Shown in pieces: positions 44,811 to 56,155 of a stretch of DNA of 64,000 bases. A model generated the notes under the pieces. The model ran no database searches and was not told the DNA's origin. It saw only the letters and a list, made by a program, of their open reading frames with translations. The translations under genes were made by a program, and so were the position numbers. Source of the DNA: Azolla caroliniana (lineage: Eukaryota; Plantae; Polypodiophyta); assembly GCA_043228905.1 (NCBI GenBank), contig JBHGNT010000010.1, positions 11,222,001 through 11,286,000 of the forward strand, in the 5' to 3' direction. Each line of letters begins with the position of its first letter. Position 1 is the first letter of the stretch.

Positions 44811-45605
44811 ATGAGAGAGCGTTGCGGCAGGTGTGAGCGGCCGCTGTCCGTCTGCTTATGCGCTCATCTGCCTTCCCCGCCTTTCCATGCCGCCCGGACC
44901 CGCCTCCTCCTCCTCCAACACCCCCACGAGTCCCGCCACAAGCTCTCCACGCTCCCCATCCTCTCCGCCTGCCTCTCCAACCACTGCCACACCATCCTCC
45001 ATGGCCGCTGCCTCTCCCTCTCCCTCTCCCTCGCCCTCTCCTCCACTAGTAACCCTCTTCTTAGTAACCCTCTTCTTAGTAACTCTCTCAGTAACCCTCT
45101 TAGTAGCCCCTCCCACCTCCTCCTCGATCCCGCCGCGCACATCCTCCTCCTTTTCCCTTCCCCCTCCGCCCAACCCATCGCAGAGTGGTTCGCTCACCAC
45201 GCTGCCTCCTGCTCTCCTTGCCTTTCTCATTGCGATGACGCCCACGCCGACGCCCCTGCCCCTCCCCACATACTGCTCCTTGCCTTCGATGCCACGTGGC
45301 GGCACGCCCGAGAGATGGTCAAGGCGACCGCCCCTTTCCTGGACACCCTCAAGAAGAAGAAGAACGTCGTCCACGTTTGCTTGCCTTTCGACCAGCGCCT
45401 GTCCGGCCCCTCCATGTGCGAGTCGGACAGCATCCTCCGGAAGGAGCCATTCGGAGGGTGCATGTCCACCATGGAAGCCGTAGCCTCCTGTTTGAAGGTG
45501 CTCGAGCCAAATGGCTCTGAGATCTATGCCAAGCTCCTGTCGGTTCTTCAGGCTATGGTGAGATGCCAGTCCTCCCACATCAGGGTTCATAAAGTAAGGA
45601 CATGA
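44811..45605 (+). CDS. DTWD2: DTW-domain protein, tRNA-uridine aminocarboxypropyltransferase (DTWD2/TapT-like)
   Basis: RCxxCxRPxxxCLC zinc motif, LLQHPHE, LLFPS, FDATW (DxTW), LRKEP, STMEA motifs; intact 264-aa single-exon ORF. Confidence 0.9.
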   Translation: MRERCGRCERPLSVCLCAHLPSPPFHAARTRLLLLQHPHESRHKLSTLPILSACLSNHCHTILHGRCLSLSLSLALSSTSNPLLSNPLLSNSLSNPLSSPSHLLLDPAAHILLLFPSPSAQPIAEWFAHHAASCSPCLSHCDDAHADAPAPPHILLLAFDATWRHAREMVKATAPFLDTLKKKKNVVHVCLPFDQRLSGPSMCESDSILRKEPFGGCMSTMEAVASCLKVLEPNGSEIYAKLLSVLQAMVRCQSSHIRVHKVRT

Positions 45606-48057
45606 AATAAGCAGAAGATGTCTCTCACTTCTCCTCATCCACATGATTTGATGTTTGAGAAATGGTAGCAGGAAGTTGAGCTTTCTTGTACGGCTTAGTC
45701 TTTTGTGTTTTCCATCATTGATTTATCATTTTGAGGGCTTCAGGTTTGTGTGTGCTGTGTGTGCGTCTCTGTGTATTCTCAATGTGGGAGCAATGATATT
45801 GTGTGCCCAAAATCAAACTGGTTAGAGTAACTACTTCACCAGTTTGCCCAGCTTCTCCCTTGTTCTCATGTGCATGTTCCGTCGACCTCTGGAAGAGAGA
45901 ATCTTCAGCATTGTTGAAGCAAGCAGAGACCGGTAATTGTTGTGTCAGCAGCAGCATACAGCCTGAGGGCTGAACTTGGTTGTCCTTCACATCATTTGAT
46001 GAAGTTCTTTCCCAATGTTATACGAACACTATATATTGATTTGTATATGTTTGGAAGTTTGGAATGTGCTTCAAAGACCTTGGGACTTTCCACAACATAG
46101 GCTGTTTGTTGTTTCTTTGTGGGTATCACTGGGGTTCAAAAGTATCATCCCATCATTTACTATTGTTGTGTGCATATTATGCACATGTATGTGATCAACT
46201 GAAAGCGCACACAAGTTCCATTGTTTCATCCCACCTTGTGTGTAAGTAAGCATACATTGTGGTTTTGGCGTTCTGTTTTTTTTAGTGCCAGTGAGTAGCT
46301 TCGCCGCTTACATGTGTAACATGGACTAAGTAACGGGTGTGATATGGACAGGGGAGGGGAATTGCATTTCAAAAGCATCATGATAAGCAGTGGATTGTGG
46401 GATTTTTTCGTCAGAAAGGCTGCTAAAAGCTTGTCTGGCTATCAAATTTTGCATTTTGCATTTTGCACATTATCAAAAATCCCTTACCTTGGAAGCTAGA
46501 GTCTACATGAGATTTCCACCCCTCTTACTTAACATGCATTGATCAGGAACACAATCGTCAATGTTCAACCGAAATGCCAATACAGATCATTCGTCATTTA
46601 TTCCCCACTTCCTTGAGCATCATTTTCTTGGCATAATTAATGTCAATAGTTGTGGATTCACAAATCTTAGAGTCATGTTATGATACATTTCAGTTGTCGC
46701 TGAGATATTTCCAAAATACTCAATGATATAGCAAATATGTATTCTTAGAAAGAGGAATACTAGAGAGTGATAACATGCATAGGAAATGCCAAAATCAGTT
46801 TGTTTGAATCTCAAATTACAATGGGATCTTCTTAACCTTTTTACATATTGCATCGACAGAAAGTCATAATATTTGTGAAGATGTATGGGTAAATTGTTAA
46901 TGTTGCACTGTTAGTAACTAAGCTGCATGGCATCGATGTTCAAGTCGATTATGGAATCAATCCAATTATGTTGTCATTGTTGCTATCATGCGCCACATTT
47001 GTGGGTGGCAATACATTCTCTCTTGTAAATTATCGTAGTATGATTTCACGATGTCACCTTAAATTATGAAAAAAGTGAGAGAGTTAACAAGTTTGATTTT
47101 GATGTTATTTTGATGTCCTTGTGAGGTTAGGGAAATTAGCTATGTTTAAGGCATTGACAAAATGGACTAACAGAGAACACAATCAATATGCATTCATTGC
47201 GTTCAATTTGCGTTCATCTTCCCTTCTTTTTCTGTGAATAAAATTATGTTGGGACTATTATAGTAATAGTCGTTAGATCATGGAACCGAAAAGTAGACCT
47301 ACAAAAGAGTTCGGACAACTAACTAGTTAGTAGTAATACATTGTCTTGCTAGCGGATAGAGCTACATACATAAATATATATGTATACATATGCATGAAAC
47401 TGGGGCCAAGGCGTATAACTACTGCTGCTTGCTGTTACTACTTCTGCTGACAAACGGAGGAGAAGAAGAGACTGAGAGGTTATACGCAAATTCCATACAT
47501 TCAGACGTCCTGTCTGCTTCGCTAGTCCGTCATTCTTTCCCCTGCAAGACACCTTTACCAGGTACTTTCCTGACTGTTTCTGCAAAAGCTTTCTTCTCTT
47601 CTTTTCGTTTGGTTAGCCGTATATTGTACATACTGTGAACTGCTTTCTGGTGCGAAACCTTACGCCTGAATCTTTCCCTTTATGTACATAATCTTTGACC
47701 GTTTCCGTGTTACTAACCTCTGCTCATCTTCCACATCGATGTCGGTGATCCACTGTTTAAGATACTTCTCATCTGTAATTAAGGACTATTAAACTCTGTG
47801 TTAAGAAATAACTACCTGTCATTGATGATTAGCGATTACCTACAGATTATCGTTATACAATCTGTCTCTACTCTATGGAAAAATGATACCAAAATTTATG
47901 TCTAGGTATGCATGTGTATGGTAAATATAATCATGTGGACGTTTTTCATTCATGATGTGAAACTTCATGAATCTGCCTCTTCTAAAATTTTTGATTAAAT
48001 ATGAGTCTGTTCATGTACGTCCAAGTGTTATTTATGTGCATTTAGAAGGAGTTTTGG

Positions 48058-48715
48058 TTCAGATCAACTGTGATAAAGGTGCATCTTGACACTGTATTCT
48101 GGTAGAAGTAGGTGAACTATAATAAAAGCGAATCTTGATATTATAATTTTGGTCAGAAACATTCTGAAGATTTGAGCGTGAATTTGATTCATTATGATAA
48201 ATATGGCACACCATCTTCATATAGCTAATTTGGTAGAAGCATTTTGAAGGTAGAATGAAGTGCAACTTGATAGGTAATCAGGGAAGTTTTTCAGTGATTA
48301 AGTGTAAGAACGTGCATCTTGATAGCTAAATTTGGGAGGAGTATTTGAAGGTTTGATCAGAATAATGTACATCTGGATAGCTGATTTTGGTTGTAGTATT
48401 TTGAAGTTCTAATCAATGAAGTAATACCTGCTAGCTAAAATTGGGAGTATCTGAAGGCGTGATTAGGATTAAAACTGTGATAAAGTGCATCTTTATAGCT
48501 AATCCTGAATTATTTCATGCTTTGATGGATAACATGCGGAAATGTGCATCTTCCTAGCTAATGCTGGGAGTATTTAAGGGTTCGATTAAGATGAAATTGT
48601 AAAGTGCATATTGTAGCTAAATCTGAGTGGAGCAGTTGAAGTTTTTGATCAATAAATTAATTGTGATAAAGTGCATCATGATAGCAGAAGTGTTTGAAGT
48701 CTCTGATTGACCAAT
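48058..48715. repeat. Degenerate ~60-65-bp tandem array (~10 units)
   Basis: Recurring GTGATAAAGTGCATCTT.ATAGCTAA...GTA.TTGAAG core. Confidence 0.75.
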
Positions 48716-48777
48716 GTATTTACTTCTATCCTGCTTTAATTTTCCCTTTCTTCAGTTCGAGCATTTCTTTTTTGAAG

Positions 48778-49176
48778 ATGGGTTTGTGGAAGATTACAAA
48801 GAGCAAGCCAGCTGTAGTCACACAAAGACCACAGTCAAGATATGAGGCGATGAAAGACACAGCTGTGAACAAATCAAGAGAGCTAATGGACAATGCCAAA
48901 CAACACTTCACAAACCCGGTTACAAATTTTCTGGTCATTGGCCTTTGCTTGGCAATGGGCTTCTTCAGCTCCAAATCGATACCGGAAGCATTGGTTGGAC
49001 TCCTGGGTATGGATTATGTTATTGGGGCAATCCTTTGCTGGATCTTCATTGAGTGTGTCACTCATTTTCACTATAAGCGGCACCACCAGAATGTCTTCAT
49101 CAGTCATCTGAATAGCTTCAAGAGAGGTTTAGTCTTCGGCGTGCTTTTGCAAGTGTGTAAGTATTCATCAAAATGA
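48778..49176 (+). CDS. Ycf20/DUF565-like three-TM membrane protein (divergent)
   Basis: Pattern L.L.MGFF...D.V.GA.L...IE....FHY...LNSFKRGLVFG.LL..CKYSS matches the Ycf20 family layout; splice-acceptor-like TTTCCCTTTCTTCAG ending at 48755 just upstream. Confidence 0.72.
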   Translation: MGLWKITKSKPAVVTQRPQSRYEAMKDTAVNKSRELMDNAKQHFTNPVTNFLVIGLCLAMGFFSSKSIPEALVGLLGMDYVIGAILCWIFIECVTHFHYKRHHQNVFISHLNSFKRGLVFGVLLQVCKYSSK

Positions 49177-50304
49177 GCCAAGTGTTGAGGTATTAATTCG
49201 ATATTTCTATTATACTGCCAGTGCTGAAACAGCTTTAGTACCCATAATGGTGATACAATACATAAAAGTAGACGATGATGCCCCACGTGTTCATGACGTT
49301 CACTTTAATGAGGAAGTTTGAGCCATTTTGGATTGGTAACAAAGCTAACATTCACCAGTGTTTACTTCAACAATGGATGATATGGTAAAACCTTTGTGGA
49401 CATGTGAAGCAAATATGATATAGTGCTTTTAATTGATCAAAGAGATGACATGAGAAGAACTATTAACCTTCGGTATCATTGTCTGCCGATCATTCTCAAT
49501 TAAATGCCAGATAAATGCCAGATAAGGTTAAACAATTAGTGACAACTGGAAGAATTTAAGGTCAAATCTGTGGCACACTATTTTTTCATCCAAGATATTG
49601 CATGTGACCATGCATAGGAAAACCATTGCAAAAGCAGATTGATAAGCATGTCAAAACTCATTATGATTTATTTCTCGCATCTCTAGGAAACTTCAACAAA
49701 GGGTCTAGATGGTTTGATCACAATGAGAACAATATATTAATATATGATGCGTGTTAGGTTTGCTAGCCTTAAAAATTAGAACATGTAGGATTTTTACGTT
49801 GTGAGGATAATATATTCAGAAATAGGAGTTAGCATTTAATCAAAACTTTGCGAATTAGAAACTCACGTTTATATAAGCGAAAGAGCCAAAAGATGTAAAA
49901 AATTACATGTCGTCGTCTGAAATTATCTTTATGAATCTTACATAAACATGTGCAAGACATGTTGGTTGTAATCCAAAGTGAGCACTAATATAAAAATTCT
50001 TTATTGCTTATAATTTTAACTTACGAGAATTGTCATAAGTTGATGCTATAAGTAATTAACCTTGTAATAAAGTGTTTGATATCACTTTTGATGACAACAA
50101 TGACATGCAAAACATTTAGGAGCCAAACCTAACATTTGGTCATATTACAAAGAAAGACGATTGATTGCATACATAAGAATAAATGCTTATGGCTTAAGAT
50201 AGAAGAGAAAGTAGAAAGAATCATGAATTGCAAATTGTGTTGCAACGTCCACATCATGATCTCTACTAGGATGATGAGTCTATATACAAAAAATTGATGC
50301 ATGG

Positions 50305-50435
50305 ATGCAATTGATGCATCAGATTGTTTCAATTTTGGTCTCAATTACAAAAGAAAAGATTAGTCAGCATGCAATTGATGCATCAGATTGTTTCAATTTC
50401 AGTCTCAATTACAAAAGAAAAGATTAGTTAGCATG
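50305..50435. repeat. 64-bp tandem duplication
   Basis: ATGCAATTGATGCATCAGATTGTTTCAATT...GATTAGT.AGC occurs twice. Confidence 0.9.
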
Positions 50436-53136
50436 TTGTAAGTATCAAGATGACTACCGTGAACCTACTAATCGTCAAGACAATTGGCTAAGACTACAAA
50501 CGAGATGAACTTGATTGATTTCACAACAATTTGTGGGAGTTGAAGCTTTGAGAGTGAGACACATTTGCCAACCACACCCTAATAGTGTCTCCATGTAGGC
50601 CGAAGCAACATTATGCTCTTAGTCATGAGCCATAACAACAATGTCCATCCACCATTGTAATAAATAATTTTGGACAAAAGTTGTCTCAACTTATAGCTCC
50701 TATATTGTTGGTTGATTCCGAACCACAAGAACCTTCATCACTCTAGTACTACCACTACCATCAAGACAACCATACACGTCACTTATTCCCCTACTAACTG
50801 CCACTGTAAAAGGCACAGATCCACCTACCAACTTCATCAACACATGCATTGTACACTTTTTCTAGGTCACCACATGCCAACAACAATGTAAGATCGAGGT
50901 CTAGAGAGAGCAAGATCTCTTTCGACAATATGTTGACATTTGGGCCAAAGATACATAGCATTAATATGCTTGATAGCTAGGAGATCTCATATTGTAGCAT
51001 TAGCCATGTGGTTTGTTAGAATGATAAACTATCTTCATCACAAATTTGAATGGAGCAATATGGCCTTTTGGGTGAAATGAATGGTCTAATTACACTTCTT
51101 CCATGTATAGAATAAGAAAAAACAAAACATAAATACATGATTCATGTGAGACAACTTGGGCACATGGGGTGGTAGAACTCTCCCTTTTCCCCCAACCAAA
51201 AAGCAAAGATATATCCCCTGAAAAGATTGACATGACGAAGCTAAATAGAACACAACCGGCTCAGCCGAACAACATTAGAAAACAGAGCTAAAGAAAACAC
51301 GCAGATCCTCACAGAGAGTGGGAGAGACAGAGAAAGAGCTGAAGACTCAAAACCTCAATTCAAAAAGTAATACACTCTATGTACATATAAGTGTGCTCAA
51401 AGAGCATTTTTATACAAGCCTTGACAGTGGACAAGTACTATTAGTACTTTAATGGTCATGAATGAGCCTGACACTAACTCGGCCCATAATATTCCTATTT
51501 ACTAGCATAGGAATATAGGTCCCTAATGCTATAACTACCTACTAAACTAACAGCCTCCCAACTCCCCACGGATCTGACTCTCCACCTATCCGATTCCTTC
51601 AGCTGATTTGGGCCTAACTGATCGATCTTCATCCGATCTGGCTCTCGGCTTATTCAGCTGATCTGGCCCATGTTGAGCTTGCTTCTCAACACTCCCCCTC
51701 AAGCTCAACTTGAGGTTTCTCCTGCTTTTCCGGTTCTATCTTCCGGCTCCTCCTGGCGTCTTCACGCCTAGTCCTGCTCCTCGTCCAATCCAGTCCCGCA
51801 TTCCATGACCCCTTTGGTTCAACGTTTCTTGACCCATCTGATTTCTTGCTCCTCGACCCCTATAGTTGGCTTGTCCATCCTTTAGGCCCTTCTCAGTTCC
51901 CTCGCTATTGCGGCATTGACACCCCTCGACCCGTTGGTTCCTTTGTTTTGGTGTCGGCTTCGACCGTCCTCACGTTCACATGGCCTTCATATGATTTGGC
52001 TCTCTCGAATCAAACTTCTCGACCGAATCGACTGTCTCCGATTCATTCCCGCTTTTGTCTGAATTGGTTGTTTCTAATTTGTCCTCCTTCAGGCCCTGGA
52101 CCACATCCGACCATGTCTTGGTCCTGGCCTTTTTCTTAACTTTGCCGCTTGCTCCGGATGTTTCGACTTCTTCTTCGGCTCTCCTCCTTTTGACTGGTTC
52201 GTGTTTTGTCTCATCATCACAACTGTTGTTCTTCCTAGCTGCTCTCCCCCTCAAGTGCGACACGTCGAGGCGCTGGATACCAAACATCTCCGAGAAGTGC
52301 TGCAACTTGTTCGTCTTGGGCTTTGGTAAAAATTTCGACAACCTGCTGATTGGTATGAACATACCAGAGTTCGACTTCACCACTCAGGACCCGCTCGTGC
52401 ACAAAGTGATAGTGCACTTCTATCTGCTTCATGGGAACATGGAATATAGGGTTCTTGGCTAGCTGCATGCTACTGATGCTGTCGTAGTAGATCAGGATCG
52501 GAGTGGGAACTGCGACCTGTAAGTCCTACAACAGCCAGCTAAGCCATATTGCCTTGCAAGTAGCGACGGTGGCTCCCCGGTACTTTGGTGCTCGACAAGG
52601 CAACTGTCGGCTAATTCTTGTTGCTCCAGGTTACAACCGCACTCCCAAGAGAGAACATGAAACCTGATGTTGACTGTTGATTTGTGGTACAGTAGTTCTT
52701 GCTCTTTCGTGCCACTTGTTATTCTCTGACCGGACAAGGCCTAACACAAGGTGTCACGGAGACACTTCACCAAAGGGTGATTACGGCATAGGATTAATAT
52801 TCAACGATACACCGACTTACGTAGGTTACACGATTAGAATGCTTTGGTTAATTACACGCGTAAGATATAACAGTAATTACAGAACGGAAATCAAGACAGA
52901 AGTATAAACATCATAAGCTCTATTAATTATCCGCTGCGATTACAATGTAGTCCGGGCCTTTAAATAGGTTTCCGGCCCGTAGTACAAAACGGTGCCTCTC
53001 GCACCTATTCGGGATCCGTCCGGATCTGGAACGGCATACCGTTTCCAGTCCGTCCGTCCACACTATGCCTATTTACAACCATACTTAATTAACTCCTTCA
53101 CTCCGTATTTTGGACTCCTTGCCGGCCGGTAACACA

Positions 53137-53174
53137 TGGCACGCCCGTGGGACAGTACCTTGTACGTCGAACCC
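53137..53174 (+). promoter_or_regulatory. Inverted tRNA-Arg(UCU)-type PBS at the PPT position of D
   Basis: TGGCACGCCCGTGGGAC-A[GTAC CTT GTAC]G-TCGAACCC. Confidence 0.8.
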
Positions 53175-53186
53175 TTCTCGGCCCCT

Positions 53187-55783
53187 TCATTGTTCACCCA
53201 AACTGTCCAAAATATCTTGTTCTAGAGTTTCCAATTATTCTTCCGGTTGTGGTTGTTGCGGCTGTGCTTGCGGTTGGGACTGAGGCTGTTCCGGCTGCTC
53301 TATAGGCGGCTGCTCGGCTTGCTGCTGCTGCTCCGTTTGTTTCGCTGACTCCGGCTGCTCCGTTTGTCTCTCTGGCTCCGGCATCTCCGTTTGACTGCTT
53401 CCGGTCCGGTCTCCTTCCAGTAACGGTTCCTCATCACTGAGGTTGACCGTAACTGGTTCTCGTTCTTTCTCTCCCCGGATCCGGGACCTCTCGTAGCTTT
53501 CAAACTGGATCTGCGCCTCCAGCCTGTCGTCGTCCAGCTGAGCTACAAGTTGCCGGACTTGCTCTAGTTGGTCCTCTGCCAAGGCTTGAAAGTCTTCGGC
53601 CAACTCATCCCTTATGCCGGTGAAGTCTTCGGAATTCAGCATATAGCAATCATCTCCCTCCTTCCGCCGGTTCTCTACGTCGGCCCGGAGCAATTGGAGT
53701 TCCGCCGCGTTCGTGGCCCACTTAGTCCACCCTTTGACGGACCCGTTGTCAATCAAGCTCTTGGTCTGGTTCAACCAAGCCCGCATGATATCCTGGATGC
53801 GACTTGCTCCCATTTGCGCTCTGCTTTCCACCACTTGTCGCTCCTCCTTCAACTGCTTGATGAGATTTGCCGTATCCTCCGCCTGCTCTCTGTAGCGCGT
53901 CAGCTGCCCTTGATATGTCGTTTGCAGCCTCTGCAGTACCTCCGCCGCTCTTTCTTTTTCCGCCTGCTGTTGCCTGAGGAGCTCTGTCCGAACCTTCTCC
54001 GCCTCTTCCAACCGTCTTCTGGTTTCCGCTTGTTCCTTGGCGAATGCGGTTGCGGTCCGATCAACTGCTTGCCGGAGCTCATCCGTCCGTTCCTTGTGCT
54101 CCGTTTGCAACCGTTTATACTCCCGGTGCAATTGCTCAAATTCCTTCGTTTTTTGTTTGAGCTTGCCGTTGATCTGGCGATGGTTCCGGTCCTCCCGGTC
54201 CTTTACCTGCCGGAGTTCCTCTTTCAGGCGCTCTACTTCTGTTTCGGCGTTTCTCCGGAGTCTCTCCTTCTCTTGCAGCATTTTCTCCTTCTCCTCCTTG
54301 AGCCGGTCGTACGCTTGGTGGCCTTTTCGTAAGCTCTCCTCGGCCAAGCGCAGCTTCTCAGCAGTCTTTTTGAGTTCTGCCTCCGCTGCCGTTTTCAACT
54401 CTCTTTCGCGGCTCCTCAGCGCTTCTTGGGCAGCTAGCTCATCCTTTAAGTCCGCAAGCTCTTGGGCTTGTGCCGCATTTCTTTCCGGAACGGTTTCCGT
54501 TGCCGGGGTCTGATTGCTATGTACAGGTTGATTTGACACTTTATTCTGTACATTGCCCGGAGTCACCGGTGCTTGGACTTGTGTTGTCAAAGCGAATTGA
54601 GCCATTTCCCTTGTGACCCTGTCCAAGTCTTGTTCAAGGCTCCGGATTCTGGACCGGGCCGTCTCTAGATCTACGGTTGTGACGAGCAACCGTTCCTGGT
54701 GCGCTCTCTCTTCCGCCTCTATATACTCGACCGCTCCGACGATTTGCTCGCCTACCCACCGTAGCCACATGCTACTGGTGCCTTGCTGCTGTACTGGTCC
54801 TACTCCTTGGCCGCCGTGTGTGCTGGCTGGGCTCGCCGGCTGTTGAGTCCCGGTTCTCGCCGTCTCCGGAGCCGTTGGAATGACTTCTTCTATAGAAGTC
54901 GACAAGACCGGTTCCCTCCGCACCGGTTCCGGTTCCTCCCTTGTGGTTTGCTCAGGTTGAGTTGGGGGCGTTTCTGCCTCTCGCGGGTACGACCGCTCCC
55001 CTCCTGTCTCGCCGGTCCTACTTCTTGACCGTCGTTGGAGGTGCTCTTCTGGCTCCTCCGTTTCCTCTTCCTGTGTAACGGCATGTTTCTGTGCCGTCAA
55101 GGGTTCCGGTTCCTTCTGTCCCGGTCGCCGTATGGTTATCTTAACGGGTCGAACCGGTGACACCTCCTCCGGTTCTGAGAGCCGTTTCTTCCCTTTCGTC
55201 GCCTTCGACGCCAGCAGCTGCTGTCGTTTGGACGCCGGCTTCGAGGTGCTTCCTTCCGATACTCTTGGCCGCTTCTTTGGCTGAATGGTCTCGACCGGCG
55301 GCACGAGCAATGTTACCCACTGAGCTACGGCATGCCACAGCTTCCGGCCCTCCTTGCCGTCCTTTCCTCGTACCATGTCGATTGCCACGCACAAACCGTC
55401 TGCAATCAACACCGGCCAATCCACCTTGGTCCCTTCATAGGGGGTCGGGGGTACACGTGGCCGTACTCATGGAGCACTCGAGCTATCTCCCTGAACAGCG
55501 GATCTTCGCCGCCCTGCGTTCGATAGCCTTTGCCGGCAACAGAGTACTCACCGAAATATCGGGTGAGTTGCTCCGAGGTTGGATTATCAATCTGAAAAAT
55601 TCCTCCCTCCGGAAGGCCTGTTAGCGCACGGATCGCTTCCTCGGTGATGACTTCCTTGTCGAGCTCCTTGATGACCTGGTCGGCTTCTCTGTGCGGTGGT
55701 GCTTCCATGATGGCCAAGAACCCCTCCAGTCCGTGTTGCCTGAACCATTTCCTGGCCGCTTCAGACAACGTTTGTGGTTCCAT
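53187..55783 (-). pseudogene. D ORF2 (frameshift/deletion at ~55420-55445, premature stop at 53235)
   Basis: YFGEYSVAGKGYRTQGGEDPLFREIAR, VDW, coiled coil, LAEDFQALAEDQL homologous to B ORF2. Confidence 0.88.
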
Positions 55784-56155
55784 GTCTGCTTCGAGGTCGA
55801 GGGAAGATGGCGAGGTAGAGTGGTGATGAGAGTGAGAGCGAGAGAGAGAGCGTTCCGAACGTGGGGGTTCTCTGCGTGCAGGTTCGCGTTTGCTCAGCTT
55901 CCACTGCCTTGGTGCTTCTGTGCTTCTTGGCTCGCGAAATGAAAAGGTCTCCATGCGTTCTGCTTCTTCTTTGTGCGTTTTGGCGCCTTTTTCGAGCATG
56001 CACACGTCGTGTACCAATTTAGTATTAAGTAGCGTGGCGGCTCTTAAATGCCCACTTTGTACCTTTTCGCTCCTTGCTTTCACGTCCATTCATACCTCGA
56101 TTTTTAATGATTTCTTTTTTTTTTTTTTTTTTTTTTTAAATGACGGTATGTGATC

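Noticed and set aside
44811-45605. Functional link between the tRNA-modifying DTW gene and the tRNA-like retroelement motifs
   Set aside because: The gene lies outside all elements; proximity is most simply coincidental
44856-45644. 262-aa antisense ORF over the DTW gene
   Set aside because: Shadow of a high-GC3 coding strand
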